A stretch of DNA of 64,000 nt, taken from positions 2,234,001 to 2,298,000 of the forward strand of contig MU053652.1 in assembly GCA_013239625.1 (NCBI GenBank), given 5' to 3'. Origin of the DNA: Lama guanicoe. Taxonomy: Eukaryota. Positions 24,480 to 37,709 of the stretch are shown here, one piece after another. The number at the start of each line of letters is the position of its first letter. The first letter of the stretch is position 1. The notes below the pieces were generated by a model. That model made no database searches. It was not told the DNA's origin and saw nothing but the letters and a program-made list of their open reading frames with translations. Position numbers and translations under genes: made by a program.

Positions 24480-24945
24480 CAGATTCTGTCTATCCCTGCA
24501 GCCGTCCACCACCCTCACTATGCTTGTGCTCGAGGGGTAGGGAGGCCCCAGTGGCCATGTCGGTATATTTGACCTCCCTTGCCACCACGTCTGCCAGGAA
24601 ATCTGACTACAGCTGGGCCAACTGAATTCCTCTCCAGGGAAAGTGTCATTCAGACGCAGGACACAGTTAAACTGAATTGTCCATCAGAAGCAAGGGCAGA
24701 GCCAGTACTTATCAAAACCACTCTCAGTGTGGAAACCAGACATGAGCAGGAGGAGCCAGGCTGCAAAGGAGAGGCCAAGAGGCCCGCACGGAGACAGGCC
24801 AGGACACGAGGTCAGAAGGCCCAAGGCAGGGAAACCGCCTCAAGCCTCGCCTCTTTTTACTCTTCCCTGTTTATTCCGTCCTCCCCGCACACCCTCCACC
24901 CTCTATTTGAGCCAGCCTGAGTGGGTTTTGTTTCTATGCAATCAG
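24480..24945 (+). mobile_element. ERVL LTR (LTR16-like)
   Basis: 'gctgggccaactgaattcctctcc' and a 3' end 'ttgagccagcctgagtgggttttgtttctatgcaa'. Confidence 0.6.
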
Positions 24946-25939
24946 TCTCTGCCTCAGCCAAGTCCTCACCAATCTGCTTCTTCTTCTGGAAAACGGTTCA
25001 TATCAGTTCAATTTCATCCCAGAAAGTGACCTTCGAGATGTGAAACAGTGTGCAGATTCTAAGCAAAGCACGTTCTGGTTCAAAGCACGGATGGGATTCA
25101 ATTCATTTCCATAGGCCTGTATTGAGATGGGGGTTAGAGTTGTCTCCATGCATTAAGGGGAAGAGGTAATTACAGGAGTGGGAATTGGACTGCTCCCACA
25201 TCAAACTGCACAGTGGTCCTCAAACTAGAACTAGAGAGAAAACGCACCTAGTCCTTCACACACACAGTCACTTACAATGTACAAACACGCCACATGCTCA
25301 TACAAACATGGCCACAAACACACTTTACAAAGCAGGAAAATGAATCCCAGGCACAGAGCAACCTCTCTTCACTTCCCGTGATGTATCACAAGACGATGTG
25401 TCCCCCTCGAGTCAACTCCCATATGGATTTGCTTTCCCAAGCACGTTTGCTAAGCATTTAACAGCCTGTCAATAGAGAAGCCGACTGGTAGAAGAGTGTA
25501 CAGGACTCCCCCAGGCAATTCACGTAAATATTGCAAAGAGCAAGTTTATACTGCAACTCACCGCAGAAACCCAGAAGAATATGATTTTACAAGTTCTCTT
25601 CCCAAAGGAAATCAGACTGAAAACACCGAGTTGATAGTAGCTGGAGCGGGACTGCCCTCCTCCATAGAAGTAGCCTGAAGAAATGTCTTTTTTATTTTTT
25701 TTTCCATACAAATAATGAATTTTTTTAAATTACAAAGATAATATGTGCTCGCTGTGGGGAATTTTGCAATTCCAAAATGTACAAAGGAGAAAATAAAGCT
25801 GCTTATAAATGCTACCACCAAGAGACAACTAAGGTTTGTTTTTATGTATTTCCTTCCAGTCTTTTTTCCATATATATGGCAATATATATATGAATCATAT
25901 TTTTGTTTTGCTTTTTTTTCACCTAATACATCGCATGAG

Positions 25940-27095
25940 AGGCATGGGGAGAGATGGCTAATGGGTACAAGATTCCTTTTGGTGAGATAAAAATATTCTA
26001 AAATTAGATTATGCTGATGGTTCCACACATCTCTAAATATACTAAGAAACACTGAACTATACATTTTATACACGGTATGTAAACTACATGTCAATAAAGC
26101 TGTTTTTTAAAAGACCATAATGAGTTACCACTACATATCTATTAGACTGGCTAGTATTAAAGACAAAAACAAAACCAAAAAGAATGAATTTTTGAAAACC
26201 CTGAAAATTTCAAATACTAGTAAGGATGTGAAGTCACTGGAACTCTGATGGAAATACAAAATGATGCCGTCACTTTGGAAAAGGGTTTGACAGTTTCTTA
26301 CAAAGTTAAACATGTACCTACTATACAACCTGCCAATCCTACTCCTAGGTATGTAGCCAGGAGAAATGACAGCATATGTCCATACAGAAACCTGTACACG
26401 AATGTTCATCACAGCTTCACGCATGGTAACCCAGATCCAGCAAAAACACGAAAGTCACGGAGGGAGGGTATAGCTCAAGTGGTAGAGCGCATGTTCAGCA
26501 TGCATGAGGTCCTGGGTTCAATCCCCAGTACTTCCTCTAAGAATAAATAAATAAGTAAATCTACCTCCCTCCCTCACCTAAAAAAAGAACAAAACACAAA
26601 AGTCCATCCAGGAGAGAATGGACACACAAATTTGAAATACTTACTCAACAGAATACTTTGTAGCAATGCGAAAGAGCCACCCATAGCGGCAGCAGCATCA
26701 ATGCATCTCAAAAGCATGATGCTGAGTGAAAGAAGCTATACAGAAAAGACAAAATACTGTATTGCTCCATCTACACAAAAACATAGAAAAGGAAAATCGA
26801 ACCTATCATCACAGAAAACGGATCAGTGGTCTCCTGGGCCTGGGAGTGGGGAGAGCAATGAAGAGCAAAGAAGCGTGAGGGTGTCTGGGGGAGGAAGGGG
26901 AATATTCTGCATCATAAGTGGTGGTGGGGATTATGTGACTGTACACATTTTTCAAAACTCATCAAATTGTACACTGAAAATTGTTAAATTCTATTTTTAA
27001 AATCAAGTTTATTTTTAAAAATAAAGAGAAAATTCATCGAACTATACACTTAAAGTAGGTACATTTTTTTTCTATGTAAATTATACCTCAATAGA
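25940..27095 (+). mobile_element. Composite old L1 3' fragments (L1MB/MC/ME types)
   Basis: 'ggctaatgggtacaagattccttttggtgagataaaaatattctaaaattagat', 'cactttggaaaagggtttgacagtttcttacaaagttaaacat', 'tgctgagtgaaagaagc'. Confidence 0.85.
26459..26590 (+). mobile_element. Camelid tRNA-derived SINE (Vic-1-like)
   Basis: 'gggagggtatagctcaagtggtagagcgcatgttcagcatgcatgaggtcctgggttcaatccccag' with A and B boxes and an (AATA)n tail. TSD aaaacacgaaagtc / aaaacacaaaagtc. Confidence 0.92.
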
Positions 27096-27659
27096 GTGGA
27101 GATTTTTAAGTGGAAAAAATATATGTTATATTGTGCTCATTTTCATGGGCCATTAAATACTTTTCAGAAGTACCTTAGTTTGAATATTATGCAGCTGTCC
27201 TATCCAATGTTATGGATGTGCCACAATTTAATTAGCCAGTCCATCGTCACTGACGGCTTAGGTTCTTTTCTTTCTGTTGTTGAAAATAGAAAATAACTTT
27301 GCCACAAACATCTGTGTGCATAAAACTCTGCCTGTGTTTTAGATTCATAGAGAAGGAACAGTCGGGTCAAAGAGCAGGAATATTTTCAAGGTACTCGATA
27401 TATTTGGAAAAATGTCTTCTTAAATTTGATTCCCTTTAACTGTGGGGGTAGGAAGTCACAGTAATGGAAAGTGGGTGGTCACTTGGTCACTTTTTTCTAC
27501 AGTTCCTCTATTAGTGAAGAGACCTTTATATGGATCCCAGTGAAAGAAGCATGAAGCAAAGAGGTCATGGGTCCTTGTCCTGGTCCTGTCACTTGAGTAA
27601 CCCTGAGTCATGTTTCCTCTTTGGATACTGTTTATTTAATTTCCAGAATGAGCATAGTG

Positions 27660-28700
27660 ACTTATGGTAGGTCAGTATTTCCTAAACAGGGCAAAAAAAG
27701 CACTAACCATAAAACAAACAATTGATAACTGAAAACACAAACTTGTGTTCATCAAAAGACAAACCATGGACTGGAAGAAGGTATTCCCAAAAGATGCATT
27801 CAACTAAGGACTTGCATCCAGAATTCCTAAAAACAACAAGAAAACAAAACAAAAAATGGGCAAAAGACTTAAACACGCACCTCACACACAAACACAGGCA
27901 CACAAATATCCAAACAGCCATCATGCAGATGAAAATGTGCTCAAATACTGTTAGTCTTATGGGAAATGCAAATTGACACCACACGAGATACCTCTATATA
28001 GCTAACAAAATTGCTAAAATTGAAAAGCCTGACAGCACCAAGATTTGTGAGGAGGTAGAGCAACTAGCCTCTTTCCCACTGCTGGAGGGAGTATAAAATG
28101 GTACAATCACTTTGGAAAACTGGAAGCGTCTGCCAAAATTAAACGTCTACACCCTTGGCCTCAGCAAGCCTACTCCTGAGTGTGTACATACTCTAGAGAA
28201 GTCAGTAAACATGCTACTAAAAGGCACGCATGAGAAATTTCATAGCAGTTTTATTCATAATGACCAAAACCTTGAGAAACCTAAATGTCCATCAGCAGAT
28301 CAATTGTGACAGATCTATTCAATAAAATACTACATGGCAAAAACAAACTTATGCTTAGTGCAATAACATGGGTAAATCTCTCAGACAGAATGCTGAGTAC
28401 AAGAAGCCAGACTCCAAAGAAAACAAACTGAATGATAAGATTTATATGAAGTTCAACAGGCAAAACTAATCTATGCTGATAAAAGTCAGACTAATGATTA
28501 CTTCTGATACGGATGGTGATGGTATTGACTAAGAAAGGGCCCCTTCTGGGGTCAAGGACTTGTTCTGGGTCCTGCTCCTGGTGGTTGCTACAAAGGTGTA
28601 GACGTGTAAAACTTCACTGATTTGTCTCCCTAAAGTGTGTGCACTTCCCTCTGAGTAGCTCATAAGCACCATAAAAATAAATGCAAATTAAATAAAATGA
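27660..28700 (+). mobile_element. Old L1 (L1ME-type) ORF2 end and 3'UTR
   Basis: 'aaaaatgggcaaaagacttaaac', 'gggaaatgcaaatt', 'aaatggtacaatcactttggaaaac', A-rich end. Confidence 0.85.
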
Positions 28701-29559
28701 AAGTATTGGAATAGATGTTGGCTAAGACTTTTCCCAACCTTGTAGGGTCTCTTCATACCCTAACCTCTTTCCCTCTTTCCCTCTATTTCCCTCTTTCTCC
28801 TACTCTAAAAGCTTTCACTATCACTCCACCTGGTGAGCCCGCACGTTTGCATTTCTCTAGCGGAGCTCGGCCAAGCTCATCCCGTCTGGATGTGCACTCT
28901 CTGTGCCTCACCCACACCAAAACTTATCCAAAGCAAAACTTATCCTCATCCTCCTCTCCACCCCTCACCAAAGCGGGCATCAAGCAGTGTGGTCCCCTGG
29001 TTCCCAGCCATTTCCTGTTCTCCGGGAACAGCCCTAACATTCAGGGGTGAGCTGCCAGAGAGCAAGTCTGTATACCATGAATCTAACTCCAGCCATAGCT
29101 CCTGACCCAGGAGGAGGCACCTCTGCCTGCTGGGCCAGATTCTCTCCCTTGTGAACTTAAAATCTGCACTGAGAGCCTAGAGGTCACTGAGGCATTGAAG
29201 ACAAAGTTACAAAAGAAAGGTTCACAAATCCCTTCCACTGAAGTGTTAGACACTTCCCTAGGTGGTTCCATTGGGTGTTCAGCTCTCCTTTTTCGTTTGA
29301 AGGCTCCCTACTCTGTAGTTTTGTATTAAATATCCTTGTTTACTTCAACTAGCTAGAGTCAGATTCTGCTGCTTGCAATCCAACGCATTTAACTATATTC
29401 CCTCCCCGAAGCCAACGCTGTGCTCTCTAGTGCCCTGTTCTCAGGATTTATGCATGACTTTGCCCTCCTCCTATTTACCTAGTCATCTTCAACTTGATTT
29501 CCCCTTCGCTTCCACTGAGTCCTGTCTGGATCCATACCTGAAACCTTTCTCGTATCGGT

Positions 29560-30290
29560 CCTCTCCTTGCAGCCCGTAAGACAACGGCCTGTATTTGGAC
29601 CCCTGTTATTGCTACTCCGAGCTAATCTGAAGCAAGCTCCTCCTTGCTCTTGCTCCAGTCTCTGACCTCCTCAACTCATCCTTCACAGTTCTATTAGAGG
29701 GAGTTTCCTAAAGCCCAGCCCTGACCATGCCATTTCCTGTTCATCAACCTTGCCGGCTCCCCACCACGTACTAGGACACAAGTGTAGGCTCCTTAGTGTG
29801 GCATGGAGGCCCTCCACAATGGCCCCAAGTTGCCTCTCTAGTCTCATCTCAGGCTCTGTTATTCCCCCTCAATCCATATGTGCTGCCTTCCAGTTGATCC
29901 AGACACTCACATACTCCCAACATGCAAATTCACACCTCTGAGCCTTTGCTAACTCTGTTCCCTTAGTTCAAACGCCCTACCACATCCTTCCTACCTTCAC
30001 AACCTCTGTGATGAGTGAACTGCACCCATTCTTCGAGGCCCAGATAAAATGCAGCATGTGTATGAAGCTTGTCCTTCTTAGAAGTCATAGTCCAAAGGGC
30101 TTTATTCATTCTTCTATTATGGATGTGTAATTCCTGACCTGGAGGGACAGCTAATTTGCATCTGTGTATGTCTCTCTCCTCCAGCAGACTTGCTTCTTGT
30201 GAGCAGAGATCAGACCTGTTTCCTACTGTGACTCTCCTGCCCACCACAGTCCCTGGCGTGGAGTCAGTGCTCAGTAACTAGGGGTGGAAT
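29560..30290 (+). mobile_element. L2 3' fragment
   Basis: 'ctccttagtgtggcatggaggccct', 'gcctttgctaactctgttccct', 'gtccctggcgtggagtcagtgctcagtaa'. Confidence 0.75.
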
Positions 30291-31540
30291 TGATTTTCTG
30301 AACACGCAGTGGGAAAAAAAGAAAATGGGAGAGGGGGGATATGGGCGGAGGCGCAGGAGAGCACAGCAACCTAAGGAAATGAAAGAACAAGGAGTAGAGG
30401 GAGAAAATCATTTAGAAATGGATCTCTCCTCCAGGACAATTTTATGATCAAAGGGGAGAAATGCTACCCAACTTATCCAGCTCGACCCTGGCATGGGTAC
30501 TAACGGGAGATGAGACAAGGTACAGATGCCAAAGCTGAAAACAAAAGCACAGAAGAGAGGCAAAGGGCTCCTGTTTCCCTAAGCCTAGCTCAGAAACACC
30601 AGGGCCCTAAGGCTAGAAGCATCACTTCAGCTGCCACCTGTCCTGAGGGACGGGTTTGCTCTCCTACGCCCAGTGGCATATCAACCAGCTCTTTTAAAAA
30701 CTGACAGAATAAAGCAGAAAGACAAATCCTTCCATACTGTTGCCACTCATGGCAGAGAAGTGATGGAGATAAAAGAAAGAAGGGAATGGTAAAGCCAATC
30801 TGAATCTCGATAAAATGCCCACGAGCCCTAAGACTGCCAGGTGACGGAAAGTCAGTGAGCACGGGACCAATCTCCCTGGGAAGGGGGTTACAAAGGGGGA
30901 ATAAGGAGGGGAGGGAATCGAATGGTTTTTTATAGCCCCTAATATCTCTTCTGACAGCAGTCCTCATGGCTTCCACGTGCTAGGACTCTGGGAAGATGAA
31001 TGGATTTGCCTTTCCGTTAAACACCATTAGCCAGAGCACTGGGGAAAATGAAGAATGGGTTGCAGGCTCACATCCCAGCTTCCATCTTTTTCTTCTAATT
31101 AAGAGAAAACTACCCAAACAACTCCCACCTATCCTCCCCAAACCATCCCCACTTCATACAACATAACCTCAGGGGAAATAGGGAGGCCACTGAGCTACAA
31201 AGTCAGCCTCCCAGCACCAGTGACTAGCCCATTGCAGGTCCTGAGGAGCTGAAGTTCAAATCCAGCCCATCAGCATGGTCAGGTTCACATTAGGTCAATA
31301 ACATACTTCAAGATCCATTAAGTCCCTTTTAGGAGTCTGTTATCTTTAGAGCCCAATAGAGCTTTCCATTAAGAGGAATCGCAAGGGTTCCACTTTGCCA
31401 CAGGTGCAAATGATTCTGCTTCTTAATGGGACTCTGTTACTCAAAAGATCTGAGCCATCCACATGCATCACAACAAAGGAAGAAAAACAAATAACATTAG
31501 TAGTGCCACCTCCAGCTAGGTTGATGATCAGAGCCCCTGG

Positions 31541-31610
31541 ACTAGTGGTCCTCAGCCTTAGCTACAAAACCAAATTACCCAAGAAGCTTAACAGACACTG
31601 GTGCCTGAGC
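31541..31610. mobile_element. MER5B-like element, left half
   Basis: 'agtggtcctcagccttagctaca...aattacc' is a MER5 terminus, cut off by the L1 that follows. Confidence 0.5.
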
Positions 31611-33640
31611 AAAAAATAACTGGAAAAGGAAATGATTTTAAAAGATTATTTACAGTAGTTTATCAAACAAAAAGTACTTAAGGATAAATTTTAAATATAT
31701 GCAAGATCTATACACTGAATACTATGAATTTCTCACCATTGTGAGAAATGTAGAAATATTTCATGTCAAGTAATGGAAGTAGTATGTGAATTTGGCAAGG
31801 TCATAAAATACAAGGTTAATGTAAAAAATCAATTGTATTCTTTTATATCAGCAGCAATCAATTAGAAAATGAAATTTTAAAATAATCCCATGTAAACAGC
31901 ACTCAAAACAAAAATACTAGGAATAAATCTAGTAAAAGTTGCCTAAGACCCCCCTCCACTGAAAATCACAAAACATTGCTGAAATAAATTAAATAAGACC
32001 TAAATAAATGGAGATGACCCATATTCAGTTTGGAACACTCAATGTTGTTAAGATACCAATTCTCCCCAAACCAATCTGTAGCTTCAATGAAATCTTAATA
32101 AAAAATTCCAGCAGGCTTATTTTGTGGAAACAGCAGGCTGTTTCTAAAATTCATATGAAAATGCAAAGGATCTAAAACAGCCAAAATAATTTTGGAAAAG
32201 AAGAATAAACTTAGAGGTTTTATGCTGATTTCAAGATTTCTCATAAGGCTACAATAATCAAAGCAAAGTTTGTATGTACAGATGTATAGACGTACAGATT
32301 TATATGTATAACGTATAGAAGGACACATCAATGGGCCAGAAAGCAAATCCAGAAAGAGACTTACATATATATGGTCAACTGATTTTTTTTACAAAGGTAA
32401 CAACATAATTTCATAGAGAAAGGATAGTTTTTTCTTAAATCATTAGGGACAATTGGATAGTCATAGAAAAATAATAAACCTTGACCTGTCCTTCACACCA
32501 TACACAACACCTGAAATTGAACTTCCATACCGTATACCATATACTTGAAATTGATCATAGACCTACGCATAAAAGTTAACGATAAAACATCTAAAAGAAA
32601 ATATAGGATAAAACCTTTGTGGTTTGGGGTAGGCAAAGATTCCTTAGGACACAAAAAGCATGATCTCAAAAGAAAAAATTGACACATTAAATATTATCAA
32701 GATTTTTAACTTCTGCTCTTTGACACTGTTAAGAAAATAAAAAGGCAAGCCATAGGAGAAAATATTTGGGGTATGGGGAAGTGTAACTATAAATATATAC
32801 CAAAGAATTATCAAGAATATGAAAAGAACTCTTGGTACTCAATAATACCAAAACACTTCAATTTTTAATAAGACATGCCATAAGATATATAAACAGGCAA
32901 TTACCATATTAAAAGATGCTCAATATCATTAGTTATCAGAGAAATGCAAACTAAAACCAAAATACACTACCACTGCACACCCACTAAAATGGCTAAAATT
33001 TAAAAGACTGAAGACATAAACTATTGGCAAAAACATAGAATATTCTCAGACACTGCTGGTGAGAATGTAAAATGAATTAACCACTTTGGAAAACAGGCGG
33101 TTTCTTACAAAGTTAAACTTACACTTAGTACCTAACACCTGTGGATTACATTCTAAAATACCCAAGAAAACTGAAACTCTATGCTCCCACAAAGTCTACA
33201 CAAAGTTGGTAAGATTGTGTATTCGTAATAGCTAAAAACTGGGGAAAACCCCAATGTCCAACAACAGGTAAGGAGTAAACACATCCATACAATGACTACT
33301 ACTCATCAAGAAGGAGAAAAGAACACAGATGAATCTCAAAAACATTTTGCTGTGCAAACGAGGTCAAAGTAAGATTCCATTTACATGAAATTCGAGCAAA
33401 GGCAAAACCAATCCGAGTTACGGAAAATAGATCAGAGGTTTCCTGAGAGAGGGAGGAAGGACTCAACTGCTATGGGGCACGAGGGAACTTCCTGGGGTGA
33501 TGGAAATGTTTGATCTTGACTGTAGTATGATGCTTTCACAGGTGTACAGGTTTGTCAAAACCCATCAAATCATATGCTTAAAAGGATACATTATATTGCA
33601 TGTTAATTATACCTCAATGAATTCGATTTTTTTAAAAAAA
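31611..33640 (+). mobile_element. Old L1 (L1MD/ME-type), about 2 kb of ORF2 3' half and 3'UTR
   Basis: 'aatgttgttaagataccaattctccccaaa', 'ctaaaattcatatgaaaatgcaaagga', 'atatggtcaactgatttt', ending 'attatacctcaat'. Confidence 0.9.
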
Positions 33641-33765
33641 TACTCATATGTGAATCTCAGAGTCATAGATGTTAATTATTTAATTGGTCTGAGATGTGTC
33701 CTGGGCATCAAGTTATCTGAAACTTTCCCCAAAGATTCCAATGTACAGCAAAGTTACTACTCTAA
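33641..33765. mobile_element. MER5B-like element, right half
   Basis: 'atttaattggtctgagatgtgtcctgggcatca...ccccaaagattccaatgtacagc'. Confidence 0.6.
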
Positions 33766-34869
33766 GGGCTAAAGGGAAAAGTGAATGACCTGGTGTTCTG
33801 AGACACCAACAGAGGGCACCTGGCTCTCTTGGTATGAGCACAAGTCAACACTGGAAGTCACAGACTACCTGCCATTGTCACAGGCCACTACCAGAGGACC
33901 TATGGCTCCCTTTGGTTCACTGTTAGATAACATGCCACTCTCTACAGAGCCAGGTCATGCAGTGGCATGGGTCCAGGGCAGATGCTGCCTTCAGAACTCC
34001 CTTGTCTAGGAATACAACCAGGTAAGAGTCACTCCAGTTCCCAGCTAGCAATGTGAGTGCAGGCATTAGCACTGGGGTTCCAGCATGATACCAAATGCAC
34101 AGACCAAGCAGGGGGCATCAGGACGGCCTCTCGAGTAATGTACACTGGGGGTCCCTCCTCCCTGACCTGGCAGCAAACAAAGGAAAAAGGACTGCCAGGA
34201 GAGACCAGTTTCCCAAGGGCTGTATTTAGGTCAACAGTCAGAGGCCAAGCTGGAATCTCCAGGCTGAAGCTCACAGGAGTGGTTTTCCACGCCTCATTTT
34301 GCCAGCTCTGAAACGTCAGTGTCAAGTTGTGGACATTTTGTTTGTAAACGATCAGTGGCCTCTCTAAGGAGGAAGACCCTTTCCTCCTGGTGCAGGTCAA
34401 GTGGGGAACATCTCGGTGTGGAGCCATGGAACTTAGAATGAATCCTTTTTCTCCCTGCTCCCTCCAGCATTATGATTTACACACTTGTTGACGAAGCCAG
34501 AGCTTTCCACCTGCCCACCATTCTCTCTGGAACCATCCAGGTGTGCAGTGGGCCACATGAGACACTTTAGCCCAGTGTTCCACCCTGCACCCCCAAAGTG
34601 AGCCACCCACTACTCAGGATGCCGGAGTTAGACCTGGCTGACTCCTAACGAAAAAAGTTACCTCGCTGGTAATACCAGATGCTGACCCTGGGCTTCAATA
34701 CCACCTAAGGAGTGGACTGCATGAAGACACAATAATGAATACAGTAGTCTGCCTGCCCTCAAGGAGCTTACAGTCTTGTAAGGGAGCTAAGAGAAACAGA
34801 CAAATCTTCTGATGGTGAGTAGACTGCGGCTGCGCCATGGGAGACATTGAGAATGCAGACCACAGGAGG

Positions 34870-35300
34870 CCTGCAGGGAGAGCATGCACATCTCCATCGC
34901 CAGCCTCGCCTCCTTCAGTGGGTCCCGATGTCTCAAGGGATGAAGCCCAGGTTCTTTAGCATGGGAACCCAGGGCACTCTGTGGCCCTAAGCTTGCTGCC
35001 CCTCTCTGAGCATGCCACCCCAAACCATCCCCAGACCCCTGGAAACACACTCCCTTCCCTCCATGACTTTACACATGCTCGTCTCTCTCCATAAAGTGGC
35101 ACCAACTTCCTTCTCATCTCTTCTGTATCACTCTGAGATTGAAACATAGAGGTGTTTCACTGATGAAGTCTGCCCCAGTCCTCCCCTCACAGCCCTGCAC
35201 AGAATGAGGCGTTCCCTTCCCTCCCTTCCAGAACACACAGGCCTTCTGTTAGGGCAGACAGTCGGTGATTGTGTGTCTCTTTACACATCAGCCACCCCCA
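34870..35300 (+). mobile_element. L2 fragment
   Basis: 'gaagcccaggttctttagcatgggaacccagggc', 'cttccatgactttacacatgct', 'ctgatgaagtctgcccca'. Confidence 0.55.
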
Positions 35301-35339
35301 CCAGACCACCACCCTCCACTGGCAGTAACTAGCACTTTC

Positions 35340-35715
35340 ATCCATGTAGTTGTTCACTCAGTTACTTTTCAACAAATAGTTAGTGAGGACCATGCGCTGT
35401 TCCAAGCCCTCAACAGACAGACAAAGTCCTTGTTTCTATGGAGCCTATTCTGTTGGAGGAGATGGAGAGAGAAAAAAGACCTCCTAAAATAAATGAGTTT
35501 TTAAGAAGCATCAGAGTGATAAGTACTACGTGGAATATTATTTACAAATAAGGTGACCTGATAGAGTGTCAATGTGGCTACTCTGCATTGGGTGGTAACG
35601 GAAAACTCTCTGAACAGGCGAGATTTCAACAGAGGTGGGAATGACAAGGGTTCACCCATTGGGAAAACTGAGGAAAGAATTTACCAGGTAGAGGGAACAG
35701 CCAGTGCAAAGGCCC
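35340..35715 (-). mobile_element. L2 3' end
   Basis: 'ttcaacaaatagttagtgaggacc...acagacaaagtcctt...ccaggtagagggaacagccagtgcaaaggccctg'. Confidence 0.85.
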
Positions 35716-35860
35716 TGTTATGGACTGAACTGTATCTCCCTTAAAATCACATGTTGAAGTCTTAACCCTGTATTTGGAGTAAGGAAGTAATTAAGGTTAA
35801 ATGAGGTCATAAAGGTGGAACCCTGATCCAATGAGATTAGTGTCCTTAAGAGAAGAGTAC
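35716..35860 (+). mobile_element. MaLR LTR 5' fragment (MLT1A/MST-like)
   Basis: 'tgttatggactgaactgt...atgttgaagtcttaacc...gtaattaaggttaaatgaggtcataa...ccctgatccaat'. Confidence 0.85.
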
Positions 35861-36224
35861 CGGTCCCCCATGGTGTGCTAGCTCTCGGGCTCAGTTTACA
35901 GAGCAGAGAATGGAGTGGAGACTTGGCCTGTGAAAGAAAGTGTAAAGTTATCTCTTATGAGAGAGAATGAGCCATCCACTAGCATGTGCTCAGAGCTGTT
36001 TTCCCAGTAAATTCCAATGTGGGTTACTGGCTCTCCCTGAGGCCAGTAATCCACATTCTGAATCCCAGAATTTCAGAGGGAACGTGGGCCTGAGAGAGCA
36101 TCTAGCCCAATTCCTTCCCCCTGGAGATGAGAATCCTGAGAATTGGAGCTGGCTGAAAGCAAAACCAGGACTTGAAAATAATTCTGGCCCATTACTGTTC
36201 TATCAGAACACGTGGCTTCTTTCT

Positions 36225-36405
36225 TATTTTTTTAAATTTTTTTTTTTAATTTTAAAGGTTTTTTTTTTGGAGGGGATAAATTAGGTTTATTTATTTATTT
36301 CCTTACTTATTTCCTTACTTATTTTTTAATGGAGGCAATGGGGATTGAACCCAGGACCTCGTGCATGTTAAGCACGCACTCTACCACTGAGCTATACCCT
36401 CCCCC
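36225..36405 (-). mobile_element. Camelid tRNA-derived SINE (Vic-1-like)
   Basis: The reverse strand reads GGGGGAGGGTATAGCTCAGTGGTAGAGTGCGTGCTTAACATGCACGAGGTCCTGGGTTCAATCCCC plus an A-rich tail. Same family as the copies at 26459 and 12568. Confidence 0.92.
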
Positions 36406-36409
36406 ACCA

Positions 36410-37490
36410 AATTTTTTTAAATTGTAGTAAAGTAAACAGAATGTAAAATTTACCATCTCAACCATTATAAGTGTACCGTTCAGTGGTATTAAGTATAGTC
36501 ATATTGTTGTGCAACCATCACCACCATCCATTTCAGAACTCCTTTCGTCTTATAAAACTGACAACATTGTAAAATGACTATAACTCAATTTAAAAAGTTA
36601 AAAAAAATTAAATTAATTTAAATAAATAAATCAATAAAACTGAAACTCTGGATCCTTTACACAGTAATCCCCTCTTACCCCTTACCCCAGTCTGCTTTTT
36701 GTCTCTGTGAATTTGAATGTTCTAAGTACCTCATAAAATTAAATCAAACAATATTTGCCTTTTTTTTTTTTTGGACTGGCTTATTTCACTTAGCATAATA
36801 TCCTCAAGTTTCATCTATGTTGTAGCACTTGTCAGAATTTCCTGCCTTTTTAAGGCTGAATGATATTCCGCTGTATGTAGAGACCACATTTTGTTTATCT
36901 GTATGCTTACTGACGGACACTTGGGTGGCTTCCACCTTTTGGCTGTTGTTAATAATGCTGCTATGAATATGGGTGCAAAAAATGAAAAACAGCATTACCA
37001 AAAGATCCATCAATTCCACTTCTGCGCACTTTTTAGCAATTTCCATACTGCCTTCTACAGCTGCTGCAGCATCTTACATTCCCCATTTCCACAAACAGTG
37101 TGCAAAGGTTCAAATTCTCCACGTTCTCACCAACACTTGTTACTTCCTGTTGTGTTTATTAGCAGCCATCCCAATGTGTGAGAGGCGGTATCTAATTGTG
37201 GTTTTGAGTGGCATTTCCCTAATGATTAGTGATGGTGAGCAGCTTTTCATGTACTTACTAGCCATTTGTATGTCCTCTTTTGAGAACTATCTATTCAAGT
37301 TCTTTTGTCTATTCTTTAATGGAGATGTTTTCGTTATTGCTGTTGTTACTGTTGAGTTGTAGGAATTCTTTATATATTATGGATATTAACCCCAACAGAT
37401 ACATTGATTCACAAATATTTTCTCCCATTTCATAGATTACCTTTTTCATAGGTTACTCTGTTGACTGTGTCCTTTGCTGCACAGAAAAGA
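36410..37490 (-). mobile_element. L1MB-type 3' region
   Basis: 'aaaatttaccatctcaaccatt...ttgtgcaaccatcaccacc...ttatttcacttagcataat...gcatttccctaatgattagtgatg'. Confidence 0.9.
36562..36633 (+). mobile_element. Extremely 5'-truncated young L1 insertion
   Basis: 'acaacattgtaaaatgactataact' is identical to 52132-52156 and is followed by an A-rich tail. Perfect TSD ataaaactga (36552-36561 and 36634-36643). Confidence 0.85.
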
Positions 37491-37709
37491 ACACACAGCT
37501 TTCTATGCAAGAAGACTCCATGGGATTTGGGGAGGTGGGGGTGGGGGAGCAGAAGCTAGATAATACAGGATTTTTACTATGCAGAGTTAAAAGATACACA
37601 TGTATATCAAATAGAATTCTCCTTCTGACACAGAGGCCAAGGGGAGGGTGAAAATATTAAGGAATGAGCATGACGAACGGTAGTCCAGAGGCCTTTGTCA
37701 TGGTATTTT

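Noticed and set aside
25612..26094. 160-aa hydrophobic minus-strand ORF
   Set aside because: It overlaps AT-rich L1 3'UTR fragments. The hydrophobicity is a T-rich composition artefact.
26462..26535. Functional tRNA-Ala gene
   Set aside because: It has a TSD, an A-rich tail and two related copies in the window, which identifies it as a SINE.
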